From: a virus
Lineage: Duplodnaviria > Caudoviricetes
DNA: 64,000 bases
Direction: 5' to 3' (one strand)
IMG/VR virus record: IMGVR_UViG_3300042363_001486
Of this stretch, positions 58,301 through 64,000 are shown piece by piece. The notes below the pieces were generated by a model, which saw only the letters and a program-made list of their open reading frames with translations, did no database searches and was not told the origin of the DNA. Every line of letters begins with the position of its first letter. Position 1 is the stretch's first letter. The translations under genes were made by a program, and so were the position numbers.

Positions 58301-58727
58301 TTACAGCGGTACTGTTGGCATAAATGTTGCCAAATCCAAAAGGCGTGTTGAGCACAAATGTTAATTCTGTGACACCTATTTGGATTGTACCATTAGTAAC
58401 CAATTTCCAAAGAGTGTCAGCATACGCTGTACCTTCAGTGACCATGACCAACATGCCGGGATCTATTTCGCCATCTGAGTTTCCGTCATTGGTTCTAATC
58501 CATACTCCGTTAGATCCAGCACCGACTGTTTCAACCTGGTATAGACCATTTTGGGCTCGATTTGTCTGCCCGTTTACTAAAATTCTATTTCCAGTCGACA
58601 AGTTAACGCCGTCAACTTGGTTAGGAGCTCCGCCGTTTAAAGTTACGTTTTCACTAGTTACAACACGTACAGCCTGTTTATAATCAATATCTGTAATTTG
58701 TTGTGCGCGGATTCGCGTTAATCCCAT
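55377..58727 (-). CDS. Long tail fibre with a C-terminal intramolecular-chaperone/autocleavage-like domain
   Basis: N-terminal RILV..Q....QNG.Y domain, four TTAAQPN repeats, TSAQYADLAE and GRVPC. Confidence 0.8.
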   Translation of the reverse strand: MGLTRIRAQQITDIDYKQAVRVVTSENVTLNGGAPNQVDGVNLSTGNRILVNGQTNRAQNGLYQVETVGAGSNGVWIRTNDGNSDGEIDPGMLVMVTEGTAYADTLWKLVTNGTIQIGVTELTFVLNTPFGFGNIYANSTAVIASVQNDVLTLTAGDNVTIVGNATSKSIEFSAVGGIPGGNTTEVQFNNAGVFAGSENFIFDGSNVDISGNVTANYFLGNGSQLSGIITSVANINNGTTNVSIDVANGPVTVGVSEISNVVVVESNQLTFAANLIPSANITYDLGTSTNRWKDIYLSNSSIYLGNVVLSANNNTLLIGDQSVITSAAGDSLTLTGNITGGNIAGTDGTFTNVLGNGAALTGINASNISSGTLSSDRLTGSYAISVTSATTAGTVTTAAQPNITSVGTLTSLSVSGNVTTGNVSGTIGSFTSVTGNGSSLSSITGSNITGTVANATYAVSAGSATSATTAGTVTTAAQPNITSVGTLTSLTVTGLTTHTGNVDITGNVNVTGNLNYANVTDLVVGDPLIFIGANNTGNLFDLGMIVSYNDGLAQHGGWVRDASDGTWKLFGNVVEEPTTTVDFANAIYQSMQAGAITATTGSFSGNVTTGNVSGTTGAFTAVTGNGRVLTSLNASNIDTGTLPADRLSGTYTITVSGAATTAGTVTTAAQPNITSVGTLTSLAVTGNVEGGNVTATGNITASFFKGDGSLLTGISSSGGVTWTTSATAPSSPNPGDFWYDTDDDKKYQYINDGTGNAWVDQSAPTSFGNLTVGNILSGGANGSGNLGSATGYFNTVFSTNGTFTNVGGTLTTAAQPNVTSVGTLTSLAVTGNITGGNVITTGVVASGNVVLAGSTIAANSAVTIRGYTGGTAGSLVSDFQKSLVIGGNYNQPYNSGNAVILHIADYSNDSGDNVYPIYVEDENNVVDFYLNAGSNNTGTDKWAHFYGQLRINAANNPIAIVNSGSNGVGNIGSTSTYFNTVFAKATSAQYADLAENYQADAEYNPGTVVVFGGSAEVTVSDISHDTRVAGVVSTNPSYLMNSGLTGESVAAVALTGRVPCWVQGPVTKGDRIVNIRCGIGGRMKSAEYEPGCIVGKSLEDIADNSVRLIEVVIGRF
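57264..57542. repeat. 45-nt exact direct repeat (57264-57308, 57498-57542) in the fibre gene
   Basis: tgttaatgtgccaacactagtaatatttggttgtgctgctgtggt twice, period 234. Confidence 0.9.
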
Positions 58728-58757
58728 AATGTCACCTAAGTAATGAAATATTTAGCC

Positions 58758-58791
58758 AAAAAAATAGGACTGTAATTAACAGTCCTATTTT
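58758..58791 (-). terminator. Rho-independent terminator
   Basis: AAAATAGGACTG-taattaa-CAGTCCTATTTT with U7 on the minus strand. Confidence 0.85.
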
Positions 58792-58806
58792 GAAATCAGC
58801 AGACGA

Positions 58807-61800
58807 TTAAACTCGGCCGATTACTACTTCGATTACTCCGTCGGCACCGTCAAAATCAGCCAAGGCTTTACCAATTACACTGCCTACTTGCGGATTCTCG
58901 TCGGCTCTGGCTCGACCGTCACCGGCGGCTACCATCATGTCACCTTTGCGAACACGACCAGTAACTTTAACTGGTACACGACCTTGCAAGGCCACTGCAA
59001 CAACATAATCTCCAGTTTGTCCCGAATTCATCAAGTAGCTGGGGTTAGTAGAAACAACTCCAGCTACTTTACGCGATGCATCAATATCGCAAACTGTGAC
59101 TTCTTTTGCGCCGCCAAAACACACAACTGTACCAGGCTCAACCGGACCGTCGGCTTCATACATTTCGGCCAAGTCAGCGTACTGCGCCGAAGTGGCTTTA
59201 GCAAACACAGTGTTAAATGTATTACTGGAAGATCCAATATTACCAACTCCATTGGCATTGGCATTAACAATGCCACCTACCGTGATAGTGTCAGTACCAA
59301 TGTCAATTGCACCAAATCCGCTTGTGATTGAACCTGCGTTCAATGCACCAACACCAGTGATATTAGTTTGCGAAGCAGTAGTCAATGTTCCTACAATGCT
59401 GGTACCCGACAAGTTGCCGCCGACAATGTTACCTGTAGCAGAAATACCTATTGCCGTACCCCAGCGATTATTGGGTTGATCATACAACCAAGTTGCATAT
59501 GAGCTACCAACTGGACCAACTTCTATACCACCACCGTTGGCAGCAGATGACGTGGCTGCATTATTAGCAACTGTAAATACCAAATCATTGATTGTTACTG
59601 TAGTGGAGTCGTATGCAGTAACATTACCCTGAACCGTCAAGTTACCAGCAATAACAACAGAACCTGTTATGCCTGGAGCACTCGGATCAATAGTCAATGT
59701 TGATCCAGAAGAACTAATTGTATTAGCATCTAGTGTTATGCCACCGCCAATGACACTAGTAGTGCCTGTTATAGTTGTACCTGATAAGTTTCCTGCTGAT
59801 ACATTTCCTGTAACACTTAAACTTGTGAGTGTACCAACACTGGTAATGTTGTTTTGTGCAGCAGTTTGTAATGTTCCTGTTAAATTAGTAGCAACAACTG
59901 ATGTGGCACCAATATTTGCAACGTTGGCATTACCAGTGGCATTAAATGTGCCTGTAATGTTAGCTCCAGTGTCTGTTACTACTAGCACATTAGCAAATCC
60001 GCCTACTGTAATAAATGCATTGCCATTTGGACCTCCAATACCAATTGTACTTGTTCCGCTGTTAAGTTGACTTACGTCAATTGCACCCACATCCAAGTTG
60101 GCTTGTGTAGTGCCGTCGCTTGTAAACACTGCAAATGTATTACTACCAATATCTTTGAGCTGCAAACTGCCTAAGAAAATTGTATTGCCTGACAAATACA
60201 AGTTATTCCAAAATGCAGTTGAGCTGCCTAGGTCGTATGTGACGTTAGCAGCAGGTATCAAATTACCTGTAATTTCAACATCTGCTGTGGTAAGTGCTTC
60301 AACTTTGGCTGTTTCGGGTCCATTACTAATGCTGACCACTGTTGTAGTGGTTGTTAAAATTCTAACGTCAATGACATCTGTGGATTCTGGTGCTTCAGTA
60401 AAGGTCAGTGTAGTTCCTGACACCGAATAAGCAGTAACTGGAATCTGTAACACACCGTTGATACTGACCAAGGTAGCAGCAGTTGTGCTGTCGGAGCTGA
60501 GTGTAAATATTAAAGTTGATCCATCACCAATAAACGAATCATCTGTGATGACTGTAAATTCACTTGATGCTGGTACCCAACTGTCGCTATCGTAGAATTC
60601 CAACACGTTTGTTGTGGTGTTGAAACGCAACATACCTGTGACACCAGTTCCAGGTCTTTGTGCTGTATTACCAACTGGTAGTAATATAGAATCAGTCGTT
60701 CCAATTTTTAGTGCAGCCCCGGTTGTAGCAGCACCTGTTGAAATCAACACAGTATCGCTGCCGGCGTCTACTACCAACAAGTTAGCCACTGTATCACCAG
60801 ATACAATAAAGTTGACATCATCGCCGGCACTGTTGATCAAGACCTGACCGTTGATTCCAGTAATTGTGTCGCCGCTGATTCTGATATTACCCAAATTGGC
60901 TTGTCCAGCAGTGGCAATGTTGCCGGCAGTTACGTTGCCAACAGCATCTACTGCACCTGCTGTAGTAATATTTCCACCAGCAACGTTACCTATAGCATCA
61001 ACACCTCCTGCTGTGGTGATATTTCCACCTGACACATTGCCAGACGCAGTAACGGTAGCAGTTGACACATCACCGGTGATGACAGCATTGCCGCCTTCCA
61101 AATTACCTGACGCAGTGATAGTAACACCTGTTACTGCTGCATTTGAATTGACATTACCTGCTAGAATATTGCCCGAGAATGTACCAGTTGCCGACGACAC
61201 ATCACCAATGACAACAGCATTACCGCCTTGCAAATTACCTGACGCTGTGATAGTTACACCTGTTACTGCTGCATTTGAATTGACATTACCTGCTAGAACA
61301 TTACCACTGGCAGTGACAGTGGCTGTAGTAACATCACCTGCAGTTGTTAGGTTACCTGCAGACACGTTGCCGCTGGCAGTGATCAAGTTACTGGCGCTGT
61401 TAAATGTAAATGCAGCAGAACCGTTTAGTATGTCGTTGTCGTTAAATTGTATTTGTGTATTGGCGCCGCCAGCATCAATGTTACCAGATATGTTACCAAA
61501 AAAGTTCTGTGCTGTAACGTTGCCCGTAAAGAAGCCGCCTGCTGCATCAACATTGCCCAAGGTCACCAGGTTACCACCCGACACATTTCCAGTGGCACTG
61601 ACTGTGGCAGTTGACACATCGCCTGTGATGACAGCATTACCGCCTTCTATGTTACCTGATGCAGTGATGGTTACACCTGTCACTGCTGCATTTGAGTTGA
61701 CATTACCTGCTACAACATTGCCGGTTGCATCAACTGTAGCAGTGTACACTCCATTGGTGATGTTGGCATTGCCACCCACTAGATTACCTGTTGCAGTGAT

Positions 61801-63999
61801 TGTGGTAGCATCAACAGTGGTGGCTGTTACACCACTATTAGCATTTAAATTAGCTGCTAGAATATTGCCTGTTACATCAACTGTAGCAGTGTACACTCCA
61901 TTGGTGATGACAGCATTACCGCCTTCTAGGTTACCTGATGCAGTGATTGTAGTAGCATCAACCGTGGTGGCTGTTACACCACTTGTAGCGTTAACATTAG
62001 CACCATCAATATTTCCACTAGCTGTGACTGTGACTGTGGTCACGTCGGCATTGCTGACCAAATTGCCGCCGGTGATGTTGCCCGAGGCGGAGATACTAGC
62101 AACAGCCAGCGTACCAGAAGTACTGATGTTACCTGCTGTAACGTTACCAGTAAAATCGCCTGTGGCAGCGTATACACCATTAGTGATATTAGCATTACCA
62201 CCTACTAAGTTACCTGTAGCTGTAACAGTAGTACCTGTTATGTTTGTAGTGGCGTTTATATTTGCAGCACTTACATTACCGCTGTAGGTACCGGTAGCAG
62301 CCGAAACGTCGCCTGTAACAACAGCATTACCGCCTACTAGATTACCACTTGCTGTAATGGTAACACCTGTTACAGCAGCATTTGAATTTAAATTACCAGC
62401 TAGTATATTTCCGGTAGCTGACACTGTAGCTGTGAATACACCTGTTGTGGCATTGACGTTAGAACCATTAACATTACCTGTTGCTGTAACAGTTGTTGCA
62501 CTCAACAATCCGTTGCCGCTCAGTGTTAGGCTATTACCAGTTGCATCACCAATATTAGGAGTAACCAAATTGGCACCAGCTTTAACAACCACTTGGTCTG
62601 CTACAATAGCTGTTGTCACATCATCAACATTGACTGAGAATACTGTACCGTTTAAGCTTAGACCGTTACCAGCTGAATATGTTGAGCTGGCACTGAACTG
62701 TGTGAATGTCAGTGGATTGTAGCCAACAATAATGACACCAGTCGGAGCTGTAAGAACATAGCTTTCACCTGCACCTGTGTTACCTGCTTGTACAAAGAAG
62801 TAGTCGCCGGAATCAACACCATTGACATCATCGGGAATGTACTTGTTCATATCTGAACTACGTGTCAACACCCAAGCATTACCGGCATCTCCTGGAATAG
62901 TAACATCGTAAACACCGTTTTGAGCACCATCGACCTGTTCGTAAACCAGTATACGCTCACCACCTGTGACAGTGATTCCGTCGATTACTAGTGCTGCATT
63001 AGCACCCGAGTTAGTCAGTGTAGCTCCAACGCCCGAGTTAACACGAACTGATTGGCTCAGTCCTGTGTTACCAGTAATATTGTTGACTGGTACACCGTTG
63101 TATGCTGTAGACAGCACTGCTGCGCTGGTATTAGGAGCAGACACAACAAAGTATCCTACGTTGGCCACAATGCCTTCAAAACTAGTGGAGAACCAAAGTT
63201 GGTCATTGACTTGTAAGTTGGCTGCCGTGCTAAACACAACAACGTTGCCAGCTACAGTGTCTGTGACTGTGAGTACAGTACCGCCTTGTGCGTATGTGGC
63301 AGTTAGTGCTGTAGGAGACTCAAGATATACTGGAGTGTGAATTGTAATACCAGTTGAAACAGCATCATCAACATACTGCTTGGTAGCAGCGTCAAAAGCC
63401 CGAACTGGATCAGCCAAATCGTTGATCCAACGTTGACCCATGTCGATGTTGCCTGTAAGCTCAAAATTGACATTGGCGCCTGTGACCACTATGTCAGTGC
63501 CTACAATGCTGTTGGTATTGATATTCCCGCCATTAACATTACCAGTAGCTGTTACATCGGCTGCAAATACACCACTAGTAATAACTGCATTACCACCTTC
63601 TAAATTGCCCGAAGCAGTGATAGTTACACCTGTCACTGCTGCATTTGAACTGATATTTCCAGCTACGATATTACCAGTAAAGTCGCCTGTGGCTGAGTAT
63701 ACGCCGCTAGTTACATTGATGTTTCCAGAATCTACATTGCCAGTAACAGAAGCACTGGCAGCAGTCACAGCGCCATTGGCGTTGACATTGCCACTTAACA
63801 CGTTGCCAGAAACATTTACTGCTCCGGTGACCTCTACTGCTGTAGGAGTAAAAACTACAACGTTGCTGACACCTGTTACACTGACAGTAATATTACCGTT
63901 GGCTTGAGAAACTTTGACATTGCTGTTTCCACTTGAAATTTGAGTAGCATCGATACCGGTAAGTTGACTGCCATTGCCAAAGAAATAATCAGCCGTAAC
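58807..63999 (-). CDS. Giant repetitive tail fibre, 5' end outside the window (>1730 aa)
   Basis: Frame stays open from 63801 to the window edge (VTADYFFGNGSQLTGIDA...); many TATGN/SASGN repeats, DAATKQYVD, C-terminal TSAQYADLAE domain. Confidence 0.85.
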   Translation of the reverse strand, partial: VTADYFFGNGSQLTGIDATQISSGNSNVKVSQANGNITVSVTGVSNVVVFTPTAVEVTGAVNVSGNVLSGNVNANGAVTAASASVTGNVDSGNINVTSGVYSATGDFTGNIVAGNISSNAAVTGVTITASGNLEGGNAVITSGVFAADVTATGNVNGGNINTNSIVGTDIVVTGANVNFELTGNIDMGQRWINDLADPVRAFDAATKQYVDDAVSTGITIHTPVYLESPTALTATYAQGGTVLTVTDTVAGNVVVFSTAANLQVNDQLWFSTSFEGIVANVGYFVVSAPNTSAAVLSTAYNGVPVNNITGNTGLSQSVRVNSGVGATLTNSGANAALVIDGITVTGGERILVYEQVDGAQNGVYDVTIPGDAGNAWVLTRSSDMNKYIPDDVNGVDSGDYFFVQAGNTGAGESYVLTAPTGVIIVGYNPLTFTQFSASSTYSAGNGLSLNGTVFSVNVDDVTTAIVADQVVVKAGANLVTPNIGDATGNSLTLSGNGLLSATTVTATGNVNGSNVNATTGVFTATVSATGNILAGNLNSNAAVTGVTITASGNLVGGNAVVTGDVSAATGTYSGNVSAANINATTNITGTTVTATGNLVGGNANITNGVYAATGDFTGNVTAGNISTSGTLAVASISASGNITGGNLVSNADVTTVTVTASGNIDGANVNATSGVTATTVDATTITASGNLEGGNAVITNGVYTATVDVTGNILAANLNANSGVTATTVDATTITATGNLVGGNANITNGVYTATVDATGNVVAGNVNSNAAVTGVTITASGNIEGGNAVITGDVSTATVSATGNVSGGNLVTLGNVDAAGGFFTGNVTAQNFFGNISGNIDAGGANTQIQFNDNDILNGSAAFTFNSASNLITASGNVSAGNLTTAGDVTTATVTASGNVLAGNVNSNAAVTGVTITASGNLQGGNAVVIGDVSSATGTFSGNILAGNVNSNAAVTGVTITASGNLEGGNAVITGDVSTATVTASGNVSGGNITTAGGVDAIGNVAGGNITTAGAVDAVGNVTAGNIATAGQANLGNIRISGDTITGINGQVLINSAGDDVNFIVSGDTVANLLVVDAGSDTVLISTGAATTGAALKIGTTDSILLPVGNTAQRPGTGVTGMLRFNTTTNVLEFYDSDSWVPASSEFTVITDDSFIGDGSTLIFTLSSDSTTAATLVSINGVLQIPVTAYSVSGTTLTFTEAPESTDVIDVRILTTTTTVVSISNGPETAKVEALTTADVEITGNLIPAANVTYDLGSSTAFWNNLYLSGNTIFLGSLQLKDIGSNTFAVFTSDGTTQANLDVGAIDVSQLNSGTSTIGIGGPNGNAFITVGGFANVLVVTDTGANITGTFNATGNANVANIGATSVVATNLTGTLQTAAQNNITSVGTLTSLSVTGNVSAGNLSGTTITGTTSVIGGGITLDANTISSSGSTLTIDPSAPGITGSVVIAGNLTVQGNVTAYDSTTVTINDLVFTVANNAATSSAANGGGIEVGPVGSSYATWLYDQPNNRWGTAIGISATGNIVGGNLSGTSIVGTLTTASQTNITGVGALNAGSITSGFGAIDIGTDTITVGGIVNANANGVGNIGSSSNTFNTVFAKATSAQYADLAEMYEADGPVEPGTVVCFGGAKEVTVCDIDASRKVAGVVSTNPSYLMNSGQTGDYVVAVALQGRVPVKVTGRVRKGDMMVAAGDGRARADENPQVGSVIGKALADFDGADGVIEVVIGRV
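61124..61909. repeat. Exact direct repeats in the giant fibre gene
   Basis: 43 nt at 61124-61166 and 61256-61298 (period 132); 35 nt at 61728-61762 and 61875-61909 (period 147). Confidence 0.85.
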
Positions 64000-64000
64000 A

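Noticed and set aside
59096-63907. Long plus-strand ORFs, e.g. 478 aa at 60851..62287
   Set aside because: Antisense shadows of the repetitive Gly/Asn/Thr/Val-rich fibre gene; low complexity, no RBS or recognisable domain
54259-64000. Repeats as a CRISPR array or diversity-generating retroelement template/variable pair
   Set aside because: Periods are multiples of three and code for protein repeats; no spacer structure, adenine-specific mismatch pattern or reverse transcriptase seen in the window
1-64000. Stop-codon reassignment
   Set aside because: Core genes (terminase, sheath, UvsX, gp32) are full-length in the standard code, and TAA, TGA and TAG all end plausible genes
1-64000. tRNA or rRNA genes
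   Set aside because: Intergenic gaps are short and no cloverleaf pattern was recognised; a tRNAscan-SE run would confirm

Overview
This 64 kb window is part of a large T4-like myovirus genome, with no cellular housekeeping genes. It holds a T4-type core: UvsX, UvsY, gp32 SSB, large terminase, probable small terminase, gp4, tail tube gp19, an enlarged 1126-aa sheath gp18, neck/tail-completion gp13/14/15, dNMP kinase and a DexA-like exonuclease. Accessory content includes (i) a ~13 kb glycan-biosynthesis island with GT-A glycosyltransferases, five KpsS/KpsC-like paralogues, a UDP-GlcNAc dehydratase/reductase pair, a pyruvyltransferase and methyltransferases, plus smaller glycan/acyl-modification cassettes, one with a benzoate-CoA-ligase-like enzyme; (ii) head proteins with T4-style capsid-targeting N-termini, including an 809-aa modular protein that looks like a protease-processed polyprotein; (iii) a fibre cluster with a flavin-dependent halogenase and a giant fibre gene truncated by the window end. 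Regulation is readable: sigma70-type promoters, three sharing a conserved leader, and a TAAATA late motif that often sits only 4-6 nt before an ATG. The most unusual non-coding signal is a terminator-capped hairpin (1-114) whose loop and adjacent 3' stem strand are complementary to the ribosome-binding site of the adjacent early genes. All protein calls come from motif recognition by eye, not database searches. No tRNA, rRNA, CRISPR array or reverse transcriptase was seen.
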